A stretch of 56,211 nucleotides of DNA from a virus (lineage: Duplodnaviria; Caudoviricetes). The notes beneath the pieces were generated by a model. That model did not search any database, was not told where the DNA came from, and saw only the letters and a program-made list of their open reading frames with translations. Position 1 is the first letter of the stretch; every line of letters starts with the position of its first letter. Positions 28,914 through 38,972 of the stretch are shown piece by piece. Location of the stretch: positions 1 through 56,211 of IMG/VR virus record IMGVR_UViG_3300010354_000111. The stretch is one strand, 5' to 3'. Position numbers and translations under genes: made by a program.

Positions 28914-30658
28914 ACTAGAGCTGTCGCTATAAGATTTTTAACTTTTGGATAAAGTGTGGTTGCAGAATCGCCGAAATAAACAATTTTTATTTGAAATTTA
29001 TTGAAATCATTAAAGGTTGTAATTTGCCCTCCAACATTTGATGAGTATGTTAGATTAGCAATACCATTATTTAAAATATTATCAGTATTCGTTATTCTAT
29101 AGGTTTCAGATATATAGGCAGTTTCACTACTACCGACGTATCGTTTTGGTGCAGAAATTACCGAATAACTAGAAGAATTAGAACTATTATATAATGGCAT
29201 AATTCTCCACGGCAGTTTATCTATAGATGAATCTATACCTGCATCGTTTTTACTCATAACTCTACAATAGACATCTATGTCTGTGCCATTTTTTCTATTA
29301 ACATCTAATTTTACTTCTAAACCAGTAGAATCAAAATCCGGGGCTAAACTAACTATTTTACTAATGTATTTAGAAAAAGCTATACCATTTCCTGGAGCTA
29401 TTTCAGATCCTCGTACATTCTCACTATAATTATCTATTAATGTATTTTGAGTAGAAACTGATAAGGTCGCCAAATCTAGAACAGGTGAAATATCTTTATT
29501 TTTATTTGTTAGTGTGAATCTTATTTTCAAATCACCTGCATCTCTCACTCTTCTTTTTGTAGTAAATTTAGTCTTGCCGAAATTAGGAATGTATTGATAA
29601 CTAGTAGCTCCAGAAGTAACGTCAAATGTTTGAGCTTCGTAAGATATAAAAGCATCTTCTCCAAAAATTTTATTATTAATTCTTAGATTTAAACTATCTA
29701 TTTCAAAAGTATTAGGTAATTTTAAATTTTCTCTAACAAAGGATTTAGTGCCTGTCTCAAATATAGCCTTATTAAATTTTACACAGATAGATTTACTAGG
29801 TTCTTCAATCTGACTACCAGTAGTAGACATTTTGAATAGTTTTCCCATGCCTGGTTGTTTAGCAGAAGTAGCTAATGCAATTCTTGCACCTCCTATTGTA
29901 CCTAATCCAGACAAAGCACCAGTCGTATCTATTTCTGCTCCTGTTTTATTAGCATATATAGTGTAATTTTCATCTGGTGCTATTACACATAATGCAAATT
30001 CTTTTCCTGGAGTCAACCATATAGGATAAGCAAATGAGAATTTGGTGGATCCACCAAGACCTTCAGCAGGATTGGCAGGAACATTTATATCCGCTGCATT
30101 TCTTGTTGCTTGTGACCCTGCTATTATTTGATCGTTAGGAATACCTTCACTTGTTTCTCTTAGTTCTATACGAACCGGTGTATTGTTAGAAGTAGATTTG
30201 GTTGCAAAGAAAACTTCAACTGAACTAATAAAAATACCATCCTTATATTTGGCTTGATCTATCACAAAAGTTTGTGCTAGTGGAGCAACTATGCCAGTAA
30301 CAGTTGTAGTAGGTGCAGTTGTAGATGTTCTTGTAGCTTGCCCAGGAGCTACTATAGCTATATCGCCAGATGCTACCACTCGTTGATATGCTGCAGTTGA
30401 AGGAGTGGCTGGTACGTCTATAACAAAATCTATTCTAACTTTTCCAAGTGAAGATAGATAATTGGTGGCAGGTGTATCATATATAACTATGATTCCTTCT
30501 GCCGTGCCTGTGCTATCTGTTACTAAAGGATCGCCGAATTTTTTATTCAAAGGAGCAACTAGAGATGAATAATCTAGATTGCCTATTTTAACCTTGATAA
30601 GTTGCCCAGGTGCATTTGACGTTAACTTAAAAGTTTGTTCAATTAGTACTGTTGCCAT
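28910..30658 (-). CDS. Baseplate/virion protein matching the C-terminal part of DUF4815/VrlC-like proteins
   Basis: PLAQTF....GIFISSVEVFFATKS, TKF.F..PI.L.PG.E.A, SKYISK.V.L, F..FQIKIV....PK.KNL.A.A. Confidence 0.72.
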   Translation of the reverse strand: MATVLIEQTFKLTSNAPGQLIKVKIGNLDYSSLVAPLNKKFGDPLVTDSTGTAEGIIVIYDTPATNYLSSLGKVRIDFVIDVPATPSTAAYQRVVASGDIAIVAPGQATRTSTTAPTTTVTGIVAPLAQTFVIDQAKYKDGIFISSVEVFFATKSTSNNTPVRIELRETSEGIPNDQIIAGSQATRNAADINVPANPAEGLGGSTKFSFAYPIWLTPGKEFALCVIAPDENYTIYANKTGAEIDTTGALSGLGTIGGARIALATSAKQPGMGKLFKMSTTGSQIEEPSKSICVKFNKAIFETGTKSFVRENLKLPNTFEIDSLNLRINNKIFGEDAFISYEAQTFDVTSGATSYQYIPNFGKTKFTTKRRVRDAGDLKIRFTLTNKNKDISPVLDLATLSVSTQNTLIDNYSENVRGSEIAPGNGIAFSKYISKIVSLAPDFDSTGLEVKLDVNRKNGTDIDVYCRVMSKNDAGIDSSIDKLPWRIMPLYNSSNSSSYSVISAPKRYVGSSETAYISETYRITNTDNILNNGIANLTYSSNVGGQITTFNDFNKFQIKIVYFGDSATTLYPKVKNLIATALV

Positions 30659-30667
30659 TTATTTTCC

Positions 30668-31324
30668 TTAGGGTTTTCCATCACCGAACACTACAACACC
30701 TCTTTTATTGTTAGCAAAAGAAAACTCCACCGCTCCTTCTATTGAATCAGTTAATGCAGAACTATTAAAAGTATTACTATCATATGGTGTACTAGTTAAA
30801 TAATTGTTAGCTAATGCAAATTCTACGCCAGTTGTTATGTTTAATCTAGTAAAAACGTTATTAGAATTAAGTCTAGTGTCTATCCAGTTAGACAATGATA
30901 AAGCATTTTGACTATCTGTGCTTGATGAACCATATAATGTATTAGCTGTAGCAAAATTTTTCTCATGGACTAATATTTCAAAACTACTACTTACTCTACT
31001 ATTGGCGCCTACATTATCTTGGAATATATTCCAAGGTTCTAGTACTGAAGCAGATACGTAGTTATTTCCCGTATTATAAATTATACTATTGGCAGCATAT
31101 CTTATTGCAGGAACACTATCTAAACCTAATAATTTATATCTATCTGCTACTAAAATTTCTGAAATCGATGACATAGAATTAGCTAACCAATTTTTAGTTT
31201 CATTAAATACATTACCGTTAGGTGCGCTGTTCTGTTCCTCTCTAAGAAGTTGTCCAGTCAAATCTATATAAGCCTGGGATATAACATTCGATCTAAGAGC
31301 TTCTAAAATTGGTGAAATAGGCAT
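30668..31324 (-). CDS. Hypothetical virion protein, 218 aa
   Basis: Well-packed ORF between the two DUF4815-like halves. Confidence 0.7.
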   Translation of the reverse strand: MPISPILEALRSNVISQAYIDLTGQLLREEQNSAPNGNVFNETKNWLANSMSSISEILVADRYKLLGLDSVPAIRYAANSIIYNTGNNYVSASVLEPWNIFQDNVGANSRVSSSFEILVHEKNFATANTLYGSSSTDSQNALSLSNWIDTRLNSNNVFTRLNITTGVEFALANNYLTSTPYDSNTFNSSALTDSIEGAVEFSFANNKRGVVVFGDGKP

Positions 31325-31333
31325 ATCTGATCC

Positions 31334-34300
31334 TTATTTTCTATTTAACAGCATATCAAAATAATTTTTAAGTTTCATACTATCATATGTATTAGCTAAC
31401 TTATTAGTAATATACCATAAATACATATCCATTTTTTGACCTTGAATAACTGCACTTAAAATTTCTAAAGCTTCTTCTGTAGTAATAATTTTTTCATTTA
31501 TCCCCCTAAATAAAGCTCCACCGTCTCCCCATATGGACGAAGTTCCAAAATTATTAACTTGATAGGTACCATCGCCATCTACAAATAGGTTGAAAACGTC
31601 CTTATTTTGTACTAAAGATTTTTTATATACACTTAAAGGTTTAACATTTTTTATCCAAGGCATTTTTCTTGGAATTTCGTTTGGTTCATAACTATAATAT
31701 TCACCATTTATAATCAACGGATGATTTATTGTCCCGAATGGTTTTGTCTTATTTGGACTAACTAATTCGCCTGTGAATACTGATTTAACTTTAAATTTTA
31801 CAGTATTAATTTTAGTACCATCATGATTTAAAATTTTGTCCCCTACCTTTATATCTTTGATAGCTTTTTTCCTGCCATTCGCTAAAGTAATTTTACTATT
31901 TTCTTCAAAACACAATCCAAAAAGTACTGCTGTTAAAAACGCTGCTCCTTCTACTATACCTGCCCAGGCAGCAGCTGCAAAACTAGTTTCAGCTACGGCT
32001 ACTGCTCCATACGCTACAGAAAACTCAGAAGCTGCTGCTATAGCAGCTGCCTCCGCTGCAGTTAATGAAACTCCTAATAATGCATAATCTGCCGTTGCTG
32101 CAAGAGCAGCTGCACTTGCATCGAAAGCAACACCTCCTGCATTAAATGGGTCTAATACACCTCCTGGTTGGCTTAGCGTTAGCTCTGCCTGTGCGGCAGC
32201 TTCAGCAGATCTATCAACTATTTGAACTCCGTCTGCGGAATCCTTACCAAAAATTAAACCTTTACCAAATTCATACCCTCTGTATAATCCGCTAGCTAAT
32301 AATACTGGATTTGAATATGCAACTACTCCTGGAGGTTGTACTCCACCGGGATTAGGTGTCACTCTATCGGGTCCTCCGCCTGCAGACGTTACAGTATTTT
32401 CAACCTGTTGAATAAAAGTTTCTTCTCCTGTTTGATTAAATGTTAAAAGATCAGTTTTAATACTAAAATCAGGCGCACTAGTTGAATATAAACTGAATGC
32501 TGCAGCAGAAAAAGCTGGTAACAATTCTCCTTGTGTAGGTATACAAGTCGAGAAAGGATTTCTTATATCATTTGAAGCATACCCTGTAAAATCATCAACT
32601 AAAATACCAGTTTTAAAATAAAGATTGGCCTGGCTTCCCCCTTCAAACACTTGATTATTTAAAGCTATGATATCTAAACCTTGTTTCTTAACTCTTCTCT
32701 CTAATGACCCCAATCTAGTATCTAGATTCTCTATTTTTTTCATAGTATATCTAGGGGAATCATTGTAATAAATTTTGATATCAAAAGCAGACTGTGTAAA
32801 GGGTGGAACTACGAGAGTCGCTATAAGCTGCTGATCTCTACCAGAAATATCTTTTGAGGCATTAGGTACTAAAGAGGGTACCCCTTTATCTAAATAAAAA
32901 TTATATCCGTCACGATCTTTGGACACTGCTCTATTTTGAACATATAATCTATCTATTCTAGGCACATAATAATCATAATCTACTTGTAGGGCATTAGGTA
33001 GAACAGGATTGGGTCTAGGTGTATTAATACCATTATACATTAAACTAGCATTACTTGTATTATTTTTGATTGGTCTAAAATCTAAATAATTCCTCATATT
33101 ATAAACTGCACCATTAAGCGCAGATCTAAAATAAGGAATATTATTTTGTATACTAGCAGGATATGATGTAAAATCCACAACACCGGTTCTATTACTATTG
33201 AAATAATCTAGTATAACTACAACATTACCTGGATTATATGTGTTAATATTACCTTTATATGTTAAACTTCCTGTAACTATGTATGCGTCATATTGCCCAT
33301 TAAATGTGTCGTATAGTAAAGAATTTTCCTTAGGTATTTTAAACCAAACACTAGTATTAGATACAGGAACATTCGTTGAACCTGACAGAGCTTGATATAC
33401 AAGACCATTACTAACAACTATGTCATTGGTAACATAACTATTTGTAGTAGTATATGATCCATGATAAGTATTAGATCCAATCTTATAGATACCATTGAAT
33501 CTATAGATATCAGCTATGTATAAATCTATTGGAGTATTAGATCCTATTATTTCTGCCTTAACTGGAGTATTCGTCACTAATGTTTTAGTGGATCTAGGAA
33601 ACTCACTATTGTAAATGACAGCATTTACATCTACTGATCCAGTAACTAAAAGTGTTGAAAAAGTCAATGTTAACTGCTTCTTAGTTGCATCCAAATCCAT
33701 AATAATATTATCTACATCTACTGGTTGGCCTGCTGACAAGGTTCCCGAACTAGATGATCTTACTATAATCATGTAATATTGTCTTTTAACAGCATTTGAC
33801 AAAGTACCTGAACCTACAAATTCCTCATCACCAGTCAAAGTAATAGTAACCGTACTAGCAGATACTGTCCTATTTTCATAGGTTTTATTATAGTAAATCC
33901 TAATATTATTTACGTCTTTCAAATAATTAGAAGTTATAGGATAAAAAGCCTGTTCTTTAGTTCCTGCATCGTAGACTTTTAAAAGATTATTAGCATCTAA
34001 CCCAAAAGTAGTATTAACATTAGCAAAAAATGTAGGAGTAGAATATGTTCCTAAATTATTTTCTGCCGAGGTAAAAGGACTATTGACTCCTATTAAAGAT
34101 TTTACATTTTTCCAATCTCTGTTAGCTTCAAGATAAGTATAATACCAATATAGTCTATATCTTCTATTGTTTCCTTCCCCCCCATCGTAAACTATATGTT
34201 TAACAATAACACCACCAACTCTTGTAGAAGTACTCATAGCAGTTCTATCAGTAGTACTATGTGCTTCTAATGTATCATATAGTCTAATAGATGATTGGTC

Positions 34301-35671
34301 CACAAATCCAAATGAAGGATGATTAATTAAAGCATAATTATTTTCTGTAGTATCTAGAAATTGATCTTCTATAGATAAAAAATCTTTAGATTTAGGGACT
34401 AAAATTTCAGTTGGCCCTACAGTTTCTATTACTTGTCCACCTATTACGACCTTACCAGGCAAAATATCAAATTTAGCATACGCATCATCAAAAGTAGATC
34501 CCTTTGCTGATAATCTAAAAGGTAAGATATCATAATTTCCTGATTCATCAAAAGTTCTTTCAGCTAGTATTTCTCTTAATTTAATAGGTAAAGTATCTCT
34601 TGCCTGTTCTACAAATTCTTTAATCCCCTTATCAAATCTAACGATTTCAATATGATCATCAGTAGTATCTGGTAATTTACTAGTATTTAAATCTACAACT
34701 GCAATTTCAAGAGTAACTTTTAATCTATCGGCACCTGGGGCTAAGTAATTTGAACTATAGAACGCAGGGTCCAATAAAGTTTCGTCGTCATTATAATCTA
34801 TTAAAGTTTCCACATATTTTAATATAACTGACTTAGTTGGATATGCAGTATACTTATCAGGTACTATAGACTGTTCATTTAAATCTATAAAATATCCTTT
34901 CTTGTAATAAGTACCATTTGTAACAGTAACAATATTGGTAGGAGTAGTATTTTTTCTATAAAATGATAAAGTTGTTGAAGAAGCTAAAACATCGCCTATA
35001 TTTTTATTTAATCTTATAAGAGTATCAGATACAATTTCAGTAACAACCAGCCCTTGTGTAAAGTTTGAAGACATAGATAATAATTGATCTCCTACTTTAA
35101 TAGCAGCAGATTTAGATGCTAAAAGTATTTCATTATCTTCAGCTCCAGCTGTTCCAGTACCAAAAACTATAACATCTGCCGCAGCTATTTCGGATGCAAT
35201 GAAACTAGCATTTTTTGCTATAGCGTCCGTAATGTTATTATAAAAGTACAAAGTTTCACTAGAGCCAAAATCCACAGGGCCATCTATTCTCTCCAAAGTC
35301 ATAACTAAGGTAGGAGGATCACCAACTGCAGGATCATCTGCATTGTATGTAAATTTTACTTTTCCTACAGTATTACTAGTTGCTCCTGTAATGTAAGTAT
35401 TAGCATAAGTTGTAATATTAGCACCAAGACCAGATAATTTTACTGATCTTACTTCATCATTTATTACGAAACTTATAGGATCATTAGTGACTCTACTTCC
35501 TTCACCTACAACACTATCGCCTAATCTAGTAAACTGATTATGAGTTATAGATTGAACTTGGTTAAGTTCCCTTGATTGGATAGCAACACCAGGTTTATAC
35601 AATATTCTTTGAAAATTCTTTTTGCTATCATAGTCATCATAATAGGGAAAACTTTGTAAATTGACAGTCAT
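31334..35671 (-). CDS. DUF4815/VrlC-like structural protein (N-terminal part) with C-terminal Hint domain
   Basis: PYYDDYD..KNF.RIL.KPG..IQSRELNQ.QS, APGADRL, LAERTFDESG.Y, RYTM..I..L..R, FKTGILVD.F; then CFEENSKITLANG..KAIKDIKVGD. Confidence 0.8.
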   Translation of the reverse strand: MTVNLQSFPYYDDYDSKKNFQRILYKPGVAIQSRELNQVQSITHNQFTRLGDSVVGEGSRVTNDPISFVINDEVRSVKLSGLGANITTYANTYITGATSNTVGKVKFTYNADDPAVGDPPTLVMTLERIDGPVDFGSSETLYFYNNITDAIAKNASFIASEIAAADVIVFGTGTAGAEDNEILLASKSAAIKVGDQLLSMSSNFTQGLVVTEIVSDTLIRLNKNIGDVLASSTTLSFYRKNTTPTNIVTVTNGTYYKKGYFIDLNEQSIVPDKYTAYPTKSVILKYVETLIDYNDDETLLDPAFYSSNYLAPGADRLKVTLEIAVVDLNTSKLPDTTDDHIEIVRFDKGIKEFVEQARDTLPIKLREILAERTFDESGNYDILPFRLSAKGSTFDDAYAKFDILPGKVVIGGQVIETVGPTEILVPKSKDFLSIEDQFLDTTENNYALINHPSFGFVDQSSIRLYDTLEAHSTTDRTAMSTSTRVGGVIVKHIVYDGGEGNNRRYRLYWYYTYLEANRDWKNVKSLIGVNSPFTSAENNLGTYSTPTFFANVNTTFGLDANNLLKVYDAGTKEQAFYPITSNYLKDVNNIRIYYNKTYENRTVSASTVTITLTGDEEFVGSGTLSNAVKRQYYMIIVRSSSSGTLSAGQPVDVDNIIMDLDATKKQLTLTFSTLLVTGSVDVNAVIYNSEFPRSTKTLVTNTPVKAEIIGSNTPIDLYIADIYRFNGIYKIGSNTYHGSYTTTNSYVTNDIVVSNGLVYQALSGSTNVPVSNTSVWFKIPKENSLLYDTFNGQYDAYIVTGSLTYKGNINTYNPGNVVVILDYFNSNRTGVVDFTSYPASIQNNIPYFRSALNGAVYNMRNYLDFRPIKNNTSNASLMYNGINTPRPNPVLPNALQVDYDYYVPRIDRLYVQNRAVSKDRDGYNFYLDKGVPSLVPNASKDISGRDQQLIATLVVPPFTQSAFDIKIYYNDSPRYTMKKIENLDTRLGSLERRVKKQGLDIIALNNQVFEGGSQANLYFKTGILVDDFTGYASNDIRNPFSTCIPTQGELLPAFSAAAFSLYSTSAPDFSIKTDLLTFNQTGEETFIQQVENTVTSAGGGPDRVTPNPGGVQPPGVVAYSNPVLLASGLYRGYEFGKGLIFGKDSADGVQIVDRSAEAAAQAELTLSQPGGVLDPFNAGGVAFDASAAALAATADYALLGVSLTAAEAAAIAAASEFSVAYGAVAVAETSFAAAAWAGIVEGAAFLTAVLFGLCFEENSKITLANGRKKAIKDIKVGDKILNHDGTKINTVKFKVKSVFTGELVSPNKTKPFGTINHPLIINGEYYSYEPNEIPRKMPWIKNVKPLSVYKKSLVQNKDVFNLFVDGDGTYQVNNFGTSSIWGDGGALFRGINEKIITTEEALEILSAVIQGQKMDMYLWYITNKLANTYDSMKLKNYFDMLLNRK
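31540..31912 (-). other. Hint (Hedgehog/intein-like) domain
   Basis: Block A C-F....I.LANG..K.I.DIKVGD.I; block B T.NHPL; block F VFNLFVDGDGTYQVNN; no terminal His-Asn. Confidence 0.8.
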
Positions 35672-35685
35672 TTTTTATCCTACTG

Positions 35686-37341
35686 TTAAAATTCTATAAC
35701 TATATGAATGTTTTCTGCTTGATCGTTGGAACGGGAAATTTTACTACGATTTTCTATGTACAAAATTTTTCCCGTATCCTTTGATACCTCAGGTTGAGAT
35801 ATACTTAAAATTCTTCCAGATGCTCCGGATTTAACACCTGTTATTCTCTCGCCTACACAAAAATCAGTATTTCCAGTTAATACTTGAGGAGGTAGCACAT
35901 ATCTAACAATAACGTTAGGCGATTGGACATTTGCACTTAAAACATAAGCATTACTGAAACCTATATTACCAGTGATTCTTTCATCATTTACAAATGTGCC
36001 TGCTAATAATTGGCAATTTACTGTATATGCCGCATCCAAAGTAATAGTATTAGCAACTAAACCATTTGGTGTTTTTGGATTTTTTATTAATCCTATTTTT
36101 CTATAATCATTAACTACAGGGAAATCGCCTCCTCCCTCCGCATAATTTAATCTACTGTTAATCATTACATATCGAGCACCTAATGTTTCATAAAGATCTC
36201 TTCCATGTCCTAATACTGGACTAAGTATTGGGACTAGGTTAGCATTGAATCCCCCACCCGATACTATGGCTTTAGCATTAGTATATCCGACACCTGCTGT
36301 AATTATATTAACACCTGTTATAGCATTAGAAACTACTATAGGCGTACCTGAAAATCCCGTACCATCACCCAATATTTGTAATGTTGCATTTTCAGGATAA
36401 CCTGCACCAGCATCTGCTATATCAAAACTATTGATTGTACCACCGATAGCATTATTAAAAACATCATTATCTATAGATACTGGCATATATTCTAGTGTTA
36501 AGAACTTTAATATATCTGCATCACTTAAGGAATAGATATATTTCCATTTATATCCATCAGATGTTTGAAATATATTTATGGATGTGCCACCGGGTTTAGA
36601 TGTTGATATTGCTCCATTATTATTATCAATACAAAGATAAACTTGATATTGTGGTAAAACTAGAACATAAAACGGATGATTAAGAAGATTGGCATTTTTA
36701 TCACTATATCTCGAATATGCTGTACCTGTTGCCCAATCATATCTTGGAACAACTAGTTTAACATCCCCTGGACTTATTTTTTTCATGGCAATCATTTCTT
36801 GCCATGCTTCTTTTTCTGCAGCAGAACAATTTATAATGTCTGGAATATCATAAGTAGCAGGATCATCTGAAGTAACAGTGACAGTATATGTTCTTATATT
36901 ACTACCTACATAACTATTAGCTGACGTAAAAGCTATAGTGTAGGTATATGTGCCCTCGTATATAAAAAATTGATTAGTATCCGTATTGGATCCGAGAGAA
37001 TCTAATCTATAAATGTCAGTTTGAGGATCTGGAGAAAATGCGCCTATAGGTCCAGTTTTTGTAACTGTCACATTAGAATTAGGTGGGCCACCAGTCACTC
37101 TCACTCGTATATCATTAAATGGGGCTATTGAATAGACGCCTCTACCTGTAGTAATCGGATTAACTACAGGATCAAATAAATTACCAGAGGGAACACTTAC
37201 GTCAGTATTTTGAATTGCTGGCCAAGTAAGAGACCTACCAACAAAGGCATAAATTTTGGTATTTGCTTCATCAACAACCGAATTGACAAACTCTTGTGCT
37301 GTTGCTACTCTAAAATTAGTTGTTAATAATTGTTGAGCCAT
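35686..37341 (-). CDS. gp8: Baseplate wedge gp8
   Basis: MIAMKKI....VVPRYDW..G, VY.CIDNN.G..ST.KP, T.DGYKWKY.Y, G.ILYIENR..I.R..DQ.E.I.IVIEF. Confidence 0.88.
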   Translation of the reverse strand: MAQQLLTTNFRVATAQEFVNSVVDEANTKIYAFVGRSLTWPAIQNTDVSVPSGNLFDPVVNPITTGRGVYSIAPFNDIRVRVTGGPPNSNVTVTKTGPIGAFSPDPQTDIYRLDSLGSNTDTNQFFIYEGTYTYTIAFTSANSYVGSNIRTYTVTVTSDDPATYDIPDIINCSAAEKEAWQEMIAMKKISPGDVKLVVPRYDWATGTAYSRYSDKNANLLNHPFYVLVLPQYQVYLCIDNNNGAISTSKPGGTSINIFQTSDGYKWKYIYSLSDADILKFLTLEYMPVSIDNDVFNNAIGGTINSFDIADAGAGYPENATLQILGDGTGFSGTPIVVSNAITGVNIITAGVGYTNAKAIVSGGGFNANLVPILSPVLGHGRDLYETLGARYVMINSRLNYAEGGGDFPVVNDYRKIGLIKNPKTPNGLVANTITLDAAYTVNCQLLAGTFVNDERITGNIGFSNAYVLSANVQSPNVIVRYVLPPQVLTGNTDFCVGERITGVKSGASGRILSISQPEVSKDTGKILYIENRSKISRSNDQAENIHIVIEF

Positions 37342-37361
37342 GTATTTTCCAGTATTATCAA

Positions 37362-37369
37362 TATTTATA
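37362..37369 (-). promoter_or_regulatory. T4-type late promoter TATAAATA
   Basis: Exact consensus overlapping the gp7 stop codon, upstream of gp8. Confidence 0.7.
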
Positions 37370-38972
37370 GGGTATTGAATATGATCATTACTGTATCAGT
37401 AGTGAAGGGATAAGTGAACCCTAATTTGGAAAAGAAAATACTTTCACGATCAATAGAATATTCTGCAAGATCTACATCTGCAGTCAATCCAAAGTAATCA
37501 TAAACTTCAGATTTTCCAGTAGTATTCGCCCTAATAGATTTAGTGGTATCAATAAGTATTTCACCGAAAACTTCAAAGGAAGCTGGATGAATTGTAGACC
37601 TTAAAGGATTTCTCCAGTTATCCACAGTAACCGGAGATTTTATAACATAAGAAAATGGTTGATAGTATAGTAACTGAGGATCGTTGCTATCAGGTAAGGC
37701 ACCTTGAATGTAATATGACCCTGAAGGTTGACCCTTATTTTTTACATAAAATCCTTCAGAAGTTCTGACTATACCAAGTATAGCTTGAATGTTTGCATAA
37801 CCAGCATAACTTAAATTGGCTTTTAATGAAGTATTAGCAACACCATTTAATACAAATCTAAATCTATTATCATCTAGTACGGAAGAAACAACTAATGAAT
37901 TTGAAGTATTATTGACAGCACTTGTCACATTCCCATAAAGATAAACCTGAGCATTTTTAAATCTAGATAATCCGTGTTCTGTAGTAGATGAAAATGTAGC
38001 AACATTGGATACTACAGTTACATTGCCTGTAATGATTTTCGAGGGATTAGATAATACAACAGAAGTAAGTGATGTAAATGTTGGATTAGTAGTAGTGAAT
38101 CCAGGATAATAACCACTATTAAGTATTTTAAAACTTCTTAATCCACCTGTTTTATCTACATTAGTTATATTAACCTTAGCACCAAAAAATGAAATTGTAT
38201 CTGATGTTTGATAACCTACACCTTTATCAACTATATTTAATCTTACCAATTGATATTGACTATTGGTAAAACTTTTAGAATCTATGGACGATACTATACG
38301 TTCACGTCTAAAAGTTCCCACTACATTTTCTATATAAAGTTCATAAACATCCTCTGTAACAGGAGATATAGTACCATTAACTACATCTTCTCTGTCATTT
38401 GGATTTATTTTAAGAACATTATTTACTATAGCAGTGGCCTTGGAACTTATTCCAAGTATTTTTGTATTTACATAACTATAAACATTTGTACCATTTTCTG
38501 GAGTGACTAAAATTGTTGTATATTTTTTCCAAACTCCGTCAGATGGTTTAATAATATAATCGCCCGGATAAAAGAAGTCTATTTCTACATCATACAATGC
38601 TCTAAAAAATAATTTAGCAGCTTCTTCTGATCCTTTAGTTTTATAAAGATCTCTGAATCTTTTTAGAAAAAATCTATCATTGGTAGCTAAGTTTCTAGGT
38701 ATATCGTATCCATAATTTCTATAAAAAGTTTCTATTAAAGAAAAATTATCATTATCAATTGTCAAATCGATATCTGAATACTTTTTAGCATTTTGTAAAA
38801 CTTCTACAGGCCTTGTTTCTTGTTCTAAAAACTTATAAAACGCTTCAATAAAGTTTATGAATTTTTTATAGGTAGGAGTTTCTTGATTAGAAGAGGAAAC
38901 GTAATCTCCTCTTATGAAATCTGGTAATTGACTTACTACTAATGAGGAAACGTTACTTTCTAATTTAGGCAT
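37365..38972 (-). CDS. gp7: Baseplate wedge gp7-like protein
   Basis: SQLPDFI, F..F.EA.Y.FLE, LYK.KGSE....FFR.LY, KPSDG.W, YYQ.FSYVIKS, HPA.F..FGE; between gp6 and gp8. Confidence 0.78.
   Translation of the reverse strand: MPKLESNVSSLVVSQLPDFIRGDYVSSSNQETPTYKKFINFIEAFYKFLEQETRPVEVLQNAKKYSDIDLTIDNDNFSLIETFYRNYGYDIPRNLATNDRFFLKRFRDLYKTKGSEEAAKLFFRALYDVEIDFFYPGDYIIKPSDGVWKKYTTILVTPENGTNVYSYVNTKILGISSKATAIVNNVLKINPNDREDVVNGTISPVTEDVYELYIENVVGTFRRERIVSSIDSKSFTNSQYQLVRLNIVDKGVGYQTSDTISFFGAKVNITNVDKTGGLRSFKILNSGYYPGFTTTNPTFTSLTSVVLSNPSKIITGNVTVVSNVATFSSTTEHGLSRFKNAQVYLYGNVTSAVNNTSNSLVVSSVLDDNRFRFVLNGVANTSLKANLSYAGYANIQAILGIVRTSEGFYVKNKGQPSGSYYIQGALPDSNDPQLLYYQPFSYVIKSPVTVDNWRNPLRSTIHPASFEVFGEILIDTTKSIRANTTGKSEVYDYFGLTADVDLAEYSIDRESIFFSKLGFTYPFTTDTVMIIFNTL

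Noticed and set aside
31540-31912. Hint domain as a classical splicing intein or homing element
   Set aside because: No terminal His-Asn followed by Cys/Ser/Thr, no endonuclease domain, and it is not inserted in a conserved enzyme motif.
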